In this document: piece after piece, positions 10,895 to 20,911 of the stretch | Position numbering within the stretch: position 1 is the stretch's first letter | Layout of the letters: each line of letters starts with the position of its first letter | Made by a program: the position numbers and the translations under genes | Assembly (NCBI GenBank): GCA_900548675.1 | Contig: URLJ01000002.1 | Location: 87,493 to 151,492, forward strand | Reading direction: 5' to 3' | DNA from: an uncultured Mollicutes bacterium | Lineage (GTDB): Bacteria; Bacillota_I; Bacilli_A; ML615J-28; CAG-313 | DNA: 64,000 nt | The notes under the pieces: model-generated | Told to the model about the DNA's origin: nothing | What the model saw: only the letters and a program-made list of their open reading frames with translations | The model's database searches: none

Positions 10895-11501
10895 AATAAT
10901 TATAATTAACTACTATTGAAACTTCTTTACCTGCAATTTTATATGTTACATTATAACGAGATATTTTATCATTATTGCACTTTACATCTATTATGACATT
11001 AGTAATACTATTTGTTTCATCTAAAGTTAACCCAAGTATTTCTTTTGCAGCATCTTGTGTTAAATAACCATATATTTTTGAAACACTTCTGCCATAGGAA
11101 ACAGAATAATCGCCTCCTGAAAATGAATTTTCATTTAATACTTTTTCGATGGAAAGTTTATTAGGCATTTCATCCTTGTTTAAAGTTTTAGTAGTTTCTT
11201 CACATAAATATAAATCTCCATACGGATCGCTATTTAAAGTATACTTTTGTTCTTTAAAAGTGATTTCTGCACCAATTTCATATGATTGTAATGTGTACCC
11301 TACTTTGGTGGCATTATCTGTTATTGTCATTTCAGATTCTATTTTCTTGCATCCTTCAGTATTGCTTATTTGCGTTTTAACAAGTTCTAGAAGTTCTTTT
11401 TTTGTTGTTTCATCTATAACATTATTACTACTACATGATGCCAAACAAATTAAACTTATAAATAGTATAAATAAACTAGATAGTTTTATTATTTTTTTCA
11501 T
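10893..11501 (-). CDS. Small lipoprotein (202 aa), last gene of the giant-protein operon
   Basis: Signal peptide with lipobox MKKIIKLSSLFILFISLICLASCSSNN. No recognisable catalytic motifs. Confidence 0.6.
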   Translation of the reverse strand: MKKIIKLSSLFILFISLICLASCSSNNVIDETTKKELLELVKTQISNTEGCKKIESEMTITDNATKVGYTLQSYEIGAEITFKEQKYTLNSDPYGDLYLCEETTKTLNKDEMPNKLSIEKVLNENSFSGGDYSVSYGRSVSKIYGYLTQDAAKEILGLTLDETNSITNVIIDVKCNNDKISRYNVTYKIAGKEVSIVVNYNY

Positions 11502-11513
11502 TTTACTTTCCTC

Positions 11514-14500
11514 CTAGAATCTTTCTCTTTTCAAAATAACAGCCATTGCCGAAACCATTGTCATAACCATTATAACACTTATTACGATTTGGGCATTTAG
11601 CGTTTTATTTGAAACAGTATATACGTTTTCTAAACTTGCCACATAATCAGTCCAAAGTTCTTCATAATCATGTAATATTTTTGCCTGTCTTTGATCAAGA
11701 AGAGCTAATCCCTTTTCTTCTACAGTAAGTGTTATTACTACATCATGAGCATCTTGTAGTACAGCAGCCTTATTATATTTATTTATTTTTTCTAATAATG
11801 CTTCTAAACTAGAAACTTTTACAAATGATTTTTCTAAAACACTTGATACTTCTTCTTTTACCGCTGTTAATTTAAGAAGATTATCACTTGTAATAAACGA
11901 TTGACCTATTTCATCTAGTGATGCTATAAAAGCATATATTTGATACTTAGTATCATACGAAGTATCAGTTATCTCAGGATATTTTTCCATTAGTTCTTTT
12001 TCTTTTTCCGTAACAGACTTAAACATTACATTTAGCTCAGTATAACGATTTATAATATCTTCAACCAAATTTTGATATTCAGAGTTGTTAGAAATTAACA
12101 ATAGTTCAACACCACTTAAAGCATCTATTTTTTCTTTTAAACGCGTGCTATATTCTATTATTTCTAAGCCACGTTTTCTTTCAAGTTCAAGGCGACCATG
12201 TTTTAGTTTATTTATTGTTTCAGCAATGTTTTCAATAACTTCAAATTCCACAATTTTTTCGCCTTCATAATTATCATCAATAATTGTAACAACAAATTTA
12301 TACTTACCTAAACCTTCAATTAATTCAACTAAAGTATTATCTTTGTATAATTTTTGTTCAATATTAAGATCAATAGTCTCTTTTAAACTTACAATTGGTT
12401 TAGTTATTGTGTTGATATTTATGTAATTTTCCTTTTCAATTCCTTCAATAATGATATTATCTGAAATATCTTTTTTCGCAATCGTTATTTCAAATTCTGT
12501 TTGTGAATCTTTTTCAAATTCATATGAAGTTTTATGAACTATTTCCACAACCATTATATATGTACCGGCATTGCGTAACTCAACTTCTGTTTTTGATGCA
12601 TCACCACTTCGGTAATACCATGCTTTAAAAGCACTAGCAGTTGCACTTTCAAGATAACCTTCAATATTTTTAGTGTAGTCGAAACCTTCAAAGATTTCTC
12701 CTGTATAAGTATAATTAGTTATTATATTTACTACTCTTACTTGAGGTTTTATTACTTCAAGCATAGCATCAACAATTGTAACATTATAATTACTATTAGC
12801 AGCAGTGCCTGTAATTTTGTGTATTCCACCACATAAGTGTTTGTGATAGTTTTCTTGTGTAATTGTTTTACCATTCATGATAACGTACATCGTGAGATTC
12901 AAATCATCATTTTCACATAGTGTACCAGAACTAATCACATAACTAAGTTGTGACATAAGGTCAGAATATGATGTTTTATTGTTAATTGTAAGATCATTAA
13001 TAGTAACCTCAATTGCGCGAGGAGTTATTGTGTAAATAGAATAATCACCATTTGTATAAGAGACCCTAACGTTATAATTGTTTGATTTAGTGTTAACTAT
13101 TAGTTTATATTCTCTTGCATCAAGTCCTGTTTCTTTTAAAACCTCTAGAATTTCACTTAATTCTTCATTTTCTTTTAAAGTACCACTTATTACTGTTGGA
13201 ACGACTTCTTTTATCATATCACCATACACAGATGTTTCATTAGGAACTTCTATTAAAATAGCACGTTTTTCAATAGTATAAATTCCATTAACAAATGTTA
13301 TATGATAATTTTGATTTACTACTTCACCTTTAATTAAATAAGTATTAGCATCTAAACCATCTTCTTTATATAATCTATAAATTGATTTAACATCTACTGA
13401 TTCATCTTTCTCTGCTAAACCTTGAATTGTACCTGTTAATTCTACTAATGATTCTCCATAGATACTATTCTTATCATCAATTAACACTGTAGCGTTACGT
13501 TTAGTAATCACATATGCATCAGCACCATTAATGAATTCTACTTGATAGTTATCATTTACAACTTCACCTATAATGTCATAACTACCAACGATATCACCTT
13601 TTTCTCTTGTTAATTTGATTATAGCATTAAGCGTATCAGCACTAGGAATTTCTGTTAAAGATTTAGCACCAAGAATTGTATCGGTATCACCATATACTTG
13701 TTCTACTTTTGTTATTTCAACAATTATTTGTTTTTTAACAATAGTATATTCTCTAATTTCTTGAGTTTTTAAAATATAATTTTCAGCATCAGCACCAGTT
13801 AAACCTAAAGTTTCAACGAAATAATTACCAACATTAACATTAGTTGTGGCTTTAGTAATAACATCGACATCATCTGTTTCTATTTTCGATGTAACTACAA
13901 ATAATGGATTTTGAATTGCTCCATTATATACTAACTCTTTTGTGGTAATGTCTACCATTATTTCTCTTCGTTCTACTTCGAAAGTTGCTTTATTTTGATA
14001 TTCAACTTCATTAACAGTAACATTAATTGTATAAATACCTGCCTTCTTTATAACACTAGTATCTTTTCCTGTTAAAGTGTAAGAGATACCATCTACAACT
14101 TCTTCTTTAGTGTCATGTTTTACAACTTTAATATTAGGAATTACTTCTATACCATCATACACTTTGCTTGGTAAAAGTAATTCTACTCCATTAGAGGTGA
14201 ATGTTACTTCAACATCATAATAAGTATTGTCAATTAAAATAGTAATTTCACCTAAAGTAATATTTTCAATTTCATAGTATTCACTACTTATGATTGGTTT
14301 AATTTTATATGTTCCAATATCTAAAATATCTAAAACATTTCCAAGTTTATCAATTGAAGTAATATATATATTATTTTGATAAAGTTCATAACTGAATTCA
14401 TAATTATCATCAATATTACCACTAACACTTATTTCTATATCCGATATTTTAGTCGCGGAAGCTTTCATTATGTCTTTATGATTTAATACAGCAACATCAA

Positions 14501-17500
14501 TTTTACGTTTTGTTATTTCATATGTACCATTTTCTACTATTATATTATAACCTGGATGTTTTTTGATTGCAGTTATAGCGTAACTACCGGGTTTTGTACC
14601 ATCTTCTTTTATTAAATCTACAACATCTTTAATAGTATCATTATTTAAAAGATTAGCAGTAGCACTCAATTCTAATAATTCATCGCCATAAGTGCTCATC
14701 TTATCATCAATAATTATCTTTACATCAACAGCTGTGACATTATTTGTATCACACACTAAAATATCTTTGGCATCATAATAATCTACATCATATACAAAAT
14801 CTGCTTTGATACCATTACTATTTACTATATACGTTATATTTGCTACTACAGCATTTTTCTTAGTACCATCTAAGAATGTTAAAACAGCATCAGCCTTTGT
14901 CGCACCATAAGGAACTGTTGTTACAGTTATTTTAGCAGGAACTATTTCGATATAATCAAGATACTCACTTATTATTTGCATCAAGTATTCGGTTTCTTTA
15001 GCAGTTCTATTTTCTTTAAGTGCGGCTAACTCTTCATAGAGTTTAACGGCATCGTTTATTAAATCGTTAGATGATTTAAGCATATTGTAATTATTCTTAT
15101 AAATAGCTACTTCCATACTGCTAACATATATATCATGGGTTAAATTAACTAAATACTTACTAGATGATAATTCCGCATTTAGTGTTACGTATTTAGTATT
15201 ATCGATAGATGCGACTAAATCGATAACTTCTGTTTTACCTTGATAGAAAGTAACTAATGCTTTAATATCGAGTGGTTTAATAGTGCTACCTACTTCATCA
15301 TATACTAATTCGTAATTATTAGTATTTTGTAATTCTATTGTTTTCACCACTTCATCAAGAATCGTTAAATCATTCATGACAACACTTGCATAGTGATTAT
15401 AGAAATCGCTTAGTGATTTGTAATATATTTCATCAACAGCTACGTTCGCTGTGAATTTACCAAGAGCGTTTGTTTTATATATATTACCAGCTATTTCAAT
15501 ACTGATGTTTTCTATTTCTTCACCAATATAGAATTCTACATCGCTATAGTATTTACCATCTTTAAATTCTAAGAATCTTCCTTTTAACACTTCATTAATT
15601 ACTACTTCTACATTTGGATGATAAGTAGAACTACCTGAGTTACCACTATAATAACTCATAATGTATTTTTCAAGGATAAATTCATCATCATTATAAGCTT
15701 TATATGTCTTACCATTTTCTAGTGGGATTCTTCCATATAAGCCGTTTATTTCAGCTTTTAATTCAAAAATACTTCGGTTATCAGTGTAACCTCCGCCAGC
15801 ACCATCAGTAATAATCTTAGGTGCAACATCAGCATCTTCTGCTACTATTATAGTACCTGTATTTGATGTAGTTTGGATTATTCCAAGGAACAATCCTTTA
15901 ACGTCTAGTGTACCATTATTAATTAATACGCCTGTTTGACTAAAGCCATTAGCCTTTAAGATGCTTGATGAAGGATATTCTTTACCACTCTTTGGTGCTT
16001 GTAACAAGCCATTATAGACAAGTAAACCACCTTTTTTAGCAATTTCAATAGTTCCATTTTCTTTAATTTCGATAATTGAACCAGGCATTAATTTGTAGTA
16101 TTTTTCTAAAATTACTTTCGCATCCGCATTTATTATAAAGTTATAAGTATACGGGATAGAAAGGGTCATTTCGCTTGATCCATAACCTTGAAGAGAAAAC
16201 TCACCCGCGGTTATTACGCCATTTACTTCAACAATATTTAAACCACTATCACCTAAATGAACTGTATTATATTCATGATTAACTGCTTTTCCATCATATG
16301 TAATTACTAAACTACTTCCCTCATGAAGCCAAATTAATGATCCTTCACTTGAAGCCGTTCTATTTTCTATTTTATCAACTAAAACTACATCTTGAGTGTG
16401 AATAGAACTCCAGAAATATAGAGAAGTTGTTCCTAAGATTTTTGATCCATAATTAACTATTTTTTGACATTGGATGTTAGCTGTTGCGAATTGTACAAAT
16501 GGGAACTGGTTAGCCCCATAAAGATCAGAAGTATTAGTACCACCTGAATAATTATCTACCATAAATGGTTCTTTTAAAATAGCTCCATCATTTAATGTCA
16601 ATACACCGCTTCCTACAACTAATCCTCTTACATCCATTTTCCCATTGATTATTAAAGAACCATTGTTAACAAGTTTCGCATAAGCACCACTTGTCATACC
16701 TTGAGAAGCTTGGTTTGGTGCGTGTTGTACACCACCAACTATCAATTTACCATTAATAGTTACAGTAGCATTTTCACTAACTGTTAACGTTACATAAGGT
16801 TTGATACCTCTACCCCATGATGGGCGTTTAACATTAGCTGTGCCTATCTTCATTCCTTCTGTATCATCTAATTCAAATGGTAAAAGAATTGTAACATTTT
16901 CATTAATTGTAATATCATTAGATATTTCCATATCGGCAAGTATTCTAATGAATACTTCACTAGCAGAAGCCGTTGCATTAAGCGCTTCTTCTAGGGTTGC
17001 ATAGAATAAATTATTACACATTATTTTTGAATTTTCCGTTATGAAAATAGCTTTTACATTTAACGATTTAGAAAGATTATAAGTAAGTGTTGTTTGTCTT
17101 GATAAAATTCGACCATCTTGGTCTACCCAACCATAAAATTTTTCACTAGTATTTGTATTTGTAGCTGTCAATATTGCTTTCTTTCCAGCAGCAACAGTGC
17201 TTCCACTAGGTATTTCTACGTCATCAATTTTGGCCGTAATTGTCGTAGTAGAAGAATTAGTCTCATAACTAAATTCAAAGTTAGCTGAAATGAAATCAAC
17301 GTTCGCAATACCTGCCATATCATCACGATCTCTACTATAACCATCTTTTACGTAACCGATATATACAATTGTTTCTTCATCTTCAGCTCCTGATACTGGT
17401 ATAATACCTTTTTGCCATCCAGTTTCACCTTGAGCTAGGCTTGTGTTTGTTTCTTGTAAATTAGCGCCAGCATATCCTACAAGATTAGCATATTCTGGAA

Positions 17501-20500
17501 GCACATGACCATAAGATTCCCGATCTGATGATAAAACTTTTCCAAATTCTAGTACTGTGTTTATACCATATAATAATTTATCACCACTATCGGCTGTACC
17601 ATATCTATTAGAATTCGCTTCACTACTTACGAAATAATCAAATATAATTACTCCGCTTCCCTTTACCTTAAAAGCAGCACCTGATGTTGTCTTATCTATA
17701 TTACTATTCGTTGTAACATAAACAAATTTACCATCGGTTGATTTCTCATTACTAAATATTAAAGGGTATGTTGTATCATTAATTAATTCGATTGGTTTTG
17801 ATTCAGGAAGAATTAAATATTTATTAATGTCAGGAATTAGATTAATATATAACTTAATTATTGTATCTTTTGCTTCATCATCAGTGTAAATGAAATCTAT
17901 TTCGTGACTTTGACTAAAATCAGATAATGTATAAAAATACTTGCCTTTATCCGATAATAGTGGAAGTTCTTTTCCATTATCGTTCACTTTAACACTATAA
18001 CCTTGTATATCATTAACTTGATATATCATTTGCGTATCAGTTAAGATTTCTGTAAGAATTATTTCATCATAGTTCACAACTGAAGCATTGCTTATTTCTA
18101 CACCATTTTTTAATACACTATATTGAATTTCATTTTGGATATTTATTTTTTCTTTGAAAACTACACATATTTCAATATCTGTAGTCACTCTGATAAAATC
18201 ATTATTTTGAGAAATAAGTTCACCATATGTTCCATCAGCTTTTTTAATTTTATATCCTACATATTCCCAGTTCGATTGAGGAAGAGTTTCTGCATTTAGT
18301 TGGAATTCATTGAAAGTTTTATATGTGTTTTCTGTATTCATCGCTTCTTTTACAAAGCCATATATATCATAAACACTACCCTCACCAATAGTAGTTACTT
18401 TTACACTATGGTCAGTAGCTTTTAAAGCTTGAACATTTCTAATTGAACATGCATACCACGCGTAGTATGTAAACATTATTTTGATTGTATGCGTTCCTAC
18501 TGTATCAAAGTTATAGGCAAATGATTTATAATTGTAATCACCATTATTACCATCACCTGAAAGGAGAATTTCTTTACCATCAAATATCGCTGTAACTTTA
18601 TTTGCTTCATATGTTGTATCATCATATTCAAAATAGAATATATCAGTATCAGTAATTGTAAATGTAACAGAAGCATTTTTAGCTTCATCAGCAACAGTTG
18701 TGAAAACTCTTGTTGTTTCATCTAAGACAAATTTTCTTTCATCTTCATATTTATAATAAACATTCGTATCATATAAAGTCCCATAATCACTCGTACTATT
18801 TGTCATTTTTCCTCTTGATTTAGGAGCATTATTATTTGTTACAGTGATGTTCTTAATATAAGCAGTATCAAGCCCACCTTTACTGCTTGAATCTTTTTTA
18901 TAATATACCTTTAATAGAACTTTATCACTTGTTGTATTAGCGAAAGTATATTCGGTCCATTTAGCATTATCTGTGAAAAATTCATCCAAATTAGTATGAT
19001 CGTTATTTTTTCCCTTAGTATTAGTTACAGTGCCATTTGCATCAAAATATAAATAGTCCCAATTATTCTCAGAAGAACAAGCATATATAAATGAAATTGT
19101 TTTACCACTTGCTATTTCAAAAACAACATAACTACTTGTACTGTCTTCTCCTTGATTGCTTGAATATATATATGTTGTACCATTATATGAACCAAAACTC
19201 CAAGGGTATGTTTCATTTAAAAGTAGTGAAACTCCTTCATACTTAACGCCTTTAGCGTTACATATATCATAGGTTACATCATCAACTTTTGTGAAAACAT
19301 TATCTTTAGCTACTACTAAATGACTTTCTAGGTCTATTAAATCACCATCAACAACAATACTATATGCAACCTTTTTATCAAATTCATCTACAGCTGTATA
19401 AGGAATTTTACTGTTAGAGGCAACCTCAGCACCATTAGATTTTATAGTAATAAATTCTGGTACATTTTTAACTGCCAAATAATAAGTAGCAGTACCAAAT
19501 GAATCTAAACTATAATTGAGTTCACTCTTTTTGAGAAAATTACTTAGCGAAGTAAGGGCTTCACCATTTTCATTCTGAGCTTCTAGTAATAAATCAAGAT
19601 TTGTTAATAATTTAACATCAGCAACGTTTATACCATTTAATGAGGCTTTTACTTTAACTGCATTAAATCCTTCTTTAAAATCTATTACTAATTGTTTTGT
19701 TTTTGATGTAGTCTTTACACCATTGTGAACAACTTCGACGTCTACTTCTAATCCAAAATTAAACACACAATTAGTCGCATTTTTAGTTGTAACATAATTA
19801 GGGTTATTAATTATATCAGCATAAATATCATTTTCATCAAGTATAACTTCATATAAAATAGAGCCAACATTATTGGTTTGACCAACTGTTAAAAAGTATT
19901 CATAAGTTAATTTATTATATTTATCGTATATTTTATTATACTCTTCAACTATTTTTTCACTTACATAAGGAGCTACTACATCGATACCTAATTGTACAGG
20001 CCACATATTAGAGTAGCATTCACTTACTATCGTATTGTTATTTCCTTTTCCGTTAAATAAATATACACTATTTCCTGTTGCGATGAGGTATGAATTAATG
20101 ATATTAACGTTTTTAATTACCGAAGCGTATTTGTCATGATTGATACTATACACTACACCTGCAGTATAACCATTCGAACCACCATTAGCCATACTATTTG
20201 TTATGTTAACATTTTCTACTTTAATGCTCGCTTCACTCATACATGTAACAAACGCAAGATACATCGAATTAGTGTAATTTTCCACTCTACCGATGTAACA
20301 ATTATTGATATTACAATTTATGATTTCTGTACCAAAGGCTTTATTAACACCGACAATAATTGCTGCTTTATTGAATAATGTGTTTCCACATAGAACCTCG
20401 ATGTTTTCAAAATTGAGGTTTTTAATCGTTGTCTTCTTGTTAAAAGTGCTAAATATTCCGTTACCCATTTCATTATTCGCAATGATATTAGCATTTTTAA

Positions 20501-20876
20501 TAGCATGATTATTACCATCTAAGGTTCCTGAAAAATTTTCAATTGGAGACCATTTGTGACCATTAATATCAATGTCAACTAGTAACTTAATTGTATAATT
20601 AGAAAAATCAAATCCTTTCTTACACATATCAGCTAAACCTAAAAACTCAGCTGCAGTTGATATTTCTAAAATATTATCATCATAATCAAAGAAACTTCTA
20701 TCTACTGTTTTACCATCCCAAACACTAACATCACCATTTGCTTCAACACTTTTTGAGAAAATTATATTTCCGCCAAAGATTCCTAGTGCTAATGTCATAA
20801 TAAGTAAAACAATATTGATATTTTTTAGAGATTTGAATATTTTATCTAATAACTTATTTTTTATTAAACTATTCAT
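11514..20876 (-). CDS. Giant surface protein (3120 aa). It has an N-terminal signal/TM, a beta-helix-like region, tandem MBG-type repeats and a C-terminal TM tail anchor.
   Basis: A single 9.36 kb ORF. N-terminus MNSLIKNK...IVLLIMTLALGIFGGNIIFSKSVEANG. Repeated ...NYxIxxVNGxYxITKR..VYGD.. units match MBG-domain repeats. C-terminus IVISVIMVMTMVSAMAVILKRERF, with no LPXTG. Confidence 0.85.
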   Translation of the reverse strand: MNSLIKNKLLDKIFKSLKNINIVLLIMTLALGIFGGNIIFSKSVEANGDVSVWDGKTVDRSFFDYDDNILEISTAAEFLGLADMCKKGFDFSNYTIKLLVDIDINGHKWSPIENFSGTLDGNNHAIKNANIIANNEMGNGIFSTFNKKTTIKNLNFENIEVLCGNTLFNKAAIIVGVNKAFGTEIINCNINNCYIGRVENYTNSMYLAFVTCMSEASIKVENVNITNSMANGGSNGYTAGVVYSINHDKYASVIKNVNIINSYLIATGNSVYLFNGKGNNNTIVSECYSNMWPVQLGIDVVAPYVSEKIVEEYNKIYDKYNKLTYEYFLTVGQTNNVGSILYEVILDENDIYADIINNPNYVTTKNATNCVFNFGLEVDVEVVHNGVKTTSKTKQLVIDFKEGFNAVKVKASLNGINVADVKLLTNLDLLLEAQNENGEALTSLSNFLKKSELNYSLDSFGTATYYLAVKNVPEFITIKSNGAEVASNSKIPYTAVDEFDKKVAYSIVVDGDLIDLESHLVVAKDNVFTKVDDVTYDICNAKGVKYEGVSLLLNETYPWSFGSYNGTTYIYSSNQGEDSTSSYVVFEIASGKTISFIYACSSENNWDYLYFDANGTVTNTKGKNNDHTNLDEFFTDNAKWTEYTFANTTSDKVLLKVYYKKDSSSKGGLDTAYIKNITVTNNNAPKSRGKMTNSTSDYGTLYDTNVYYKYEDERKFVLDETTRVFTTVADEAKNASVTFTITDTDIFYFEYDDTTYEANKVTAIFDGKEILLSGDGNNGDYNYKSFAYNFDTVGTHTIKIMFTYYAWYACSIRNVQALKATDHSVKVTTIGEGSVYDIYGFVKEAMNTENTYKTFNEFQLNAETLPQSNWEYVGYKIKKADGTYGELISQNNDFIRVTTDIEICVVFKEKINIQNEIQYSVLKNGVEISNASVVNYDEIILTEILTDTQMIYQVNDIQGYSVKVNDNGKELPLLSDKGKYFYTLSDFSQSHEIDFIYTDDEAKDTIIKLYINLIPDINKYLILPESKPIELINDTTYPLIFSNEKSTDGKFVYVTTNSNIDKTTSGAAFKVKGSGVIIFDYFVSSEANSNRYGTADSGDKLLYGINTVLEFGKVLSSDRESYGHVLPEYANLVGYAGANLQETNTSLAQGETGWQKGIIPVSGAEDEETIVYIGYVKDGYSRDRDDMAGIANVDFISANFEFSYETNSSTTTITAKIDDVEIPSGSTVAAGKKAILTATNTNTSEKFYGWVDQDGRILSRQTTLTYNLSKSLNVKAIFITENSKIMCNNLFYATLEEALNATASASEVFIRILADMEISNDITINENVTILLPFELDDTEGMKIGTANVKRPSWGRGIKPYVTLTVSENATVTINGKLIVGGVQHAPNQASQGMTSGAYAKLVNNGSLIINGKMDVRGLVVGSGVLTLNDGAILKEPFMVDNYSGGTNTSDLYGANQFPFVQFATANIQCQKIVNYGSKILGTTSLYFWSSIHTQDVVLVDKIENRTASSEGSLIWLHEGSSLVITYDGKAVNHEYNTVHLGDSGLNIVEVNGVITAGEFSLQGYGSSEMTLSIPYTYNFIINADAKVILEKYYKLMPGSIIEIKENGTIEIAKKGGLLVYNGLLQAPKSGKEYPSSSILKANGFSQTGVLINNGTLDVKGLFLGIIQTTSNTGTIIVAEDADVAPKIITDGAGGGYTDNRSIFELKAEINGLYGRIPLENGKTYKAYNDDEFILEKYIMSYYSGNSGSSTYHPNVEVVINEVLKGRFLEFKDGKYYSDVEFYIGEEIENISIEIAGNIYKTNALGKFTANVAVDEIYYKSLSDFYNHYASVVMNDLTILDEVVKTIELQNTNNYELVYDEVGSTIKPLDIKALVTFYQGKTEVIDLVASIDNTKYVTLNAELSSSKYLVNLTHDIYVSSMEVAIYKNNYNMLKSSNDLINDAVKLYEELAALKENRTAKETEYLMQIISEYLDYIEIVPAKITVTTVPYGATKADAVLTFLDGTKKNAVVANITYIVNSNGIKADFVYDVDYYDAKDILVCDTNNVTAVDVKIIIDDKMSTYGDELLELSATANLLNNDTIKDVVDLIKEDGTKPGSYAITAIKKHPGYNIIVENGTYEITKRKIDVAVLNHKDIMKASATKISDIEISVSGNIDDNYEFSYELYQNNIYITSIDKLGNVLDILDIGTYKIKPIISSEYYEIENITLGEITILIDNTYYDVEVTFTSNGVELLLPSKVYDGIEVIPNIKVVKHDTKEEVVDGISYTLTGKDTSVIKKAGIYTINVTVNEVEYQNKATFEVERREIMVDITTKELVYNGAIQNPLFVVTSKIETDDVDVITKATTNVNVGNYFVETLGLTGADAENYILKTQEIREYTIVKKQIIVEITKVEQVYGDTDTILGAKSLTEIPSADTLNAIIKLTREKGDIVGSYDIIGEVVNDNYQVEFINGADAYVITKRNATVLIDDKNSIYGESLVELTGTIQGLAEKDESVDVKSIYRLYKEDGLDANTYLIKGEVVNQNYHITFVNGIYTIEKRAILIEVPNETSVYGDMIKEVVPTVISGTLKENEELSEILEVLKETGLDAREYKLIVNTKSNNYNVRVSYTNGDYSIYTITPRAIEVTINDLTINNKTSYSDLMSQLSYVISSGTLCENDDLNLTMYVIMNGKTITQENYHKHLCGGIHKITGTAANSNYNVTIVDAMLEVIKPQVRVVNIITNYTYTGEIFEGFDYTKNIEGYLESATASAFKAWYYRSGDASKTEVELRNAGTYIMVVEIVHKTSYEFEKDSQTEFEITIAKKDISDNIIIEGIEKENYININTITKPIVSLKETIDLNIEQKLYKDNTLVELIEGLGKYKFVVTIIDDNYEGEKIVEFEVIENIAETINKLKHGRLELERKRGLEIIEYSTRLKEKIDALSGVELLLISNNSEYQNLVEDIINRYTELNVMFKSVTEKEKELMEKYPEITDTSYDTKYQIYAFIASLDEIGQSFITSDNLLKLTAVKEEVSSVLEKSFVKVSSLEALLEKINKYNKAAVLQDAHDVVITLTVEEKGLALLDQRQAKILHDYEELWTDYVASLENVYTVSNKTLNAQIVISVIMVMTMVSAMAVILKRERF
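12950..14990 (-). repeat. Intragenic tandem array of about 8-10 MBG-like repeat units (about 80 aa each) within the 3120-aa protein
   Basis: Recurrent ITKR(K/N)..V, VYGD/IYGES and NYxV/I..xNG motifs at a regular period, for example DAYVITKRNATVLIDDKNSIYGESL and NGIYTIEKRAILIEVPNETSVYGDM. Confidence 0.6.
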
Positions 20877-20911
20877 ATTAGATTACCTTTCATTTCATTT
20901 TTTTAATTAAT

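Noticed and set aside
12950-14990. Possibility that the MBG repeat block is an assembly artifact or a collapsed repeat
   Set aside because: The repeat units are clearly diverged from one another at both protein and DNA level and are not identical copies. The frame stays open across all 9.36 kb. Only long-read data could fully exclude this.
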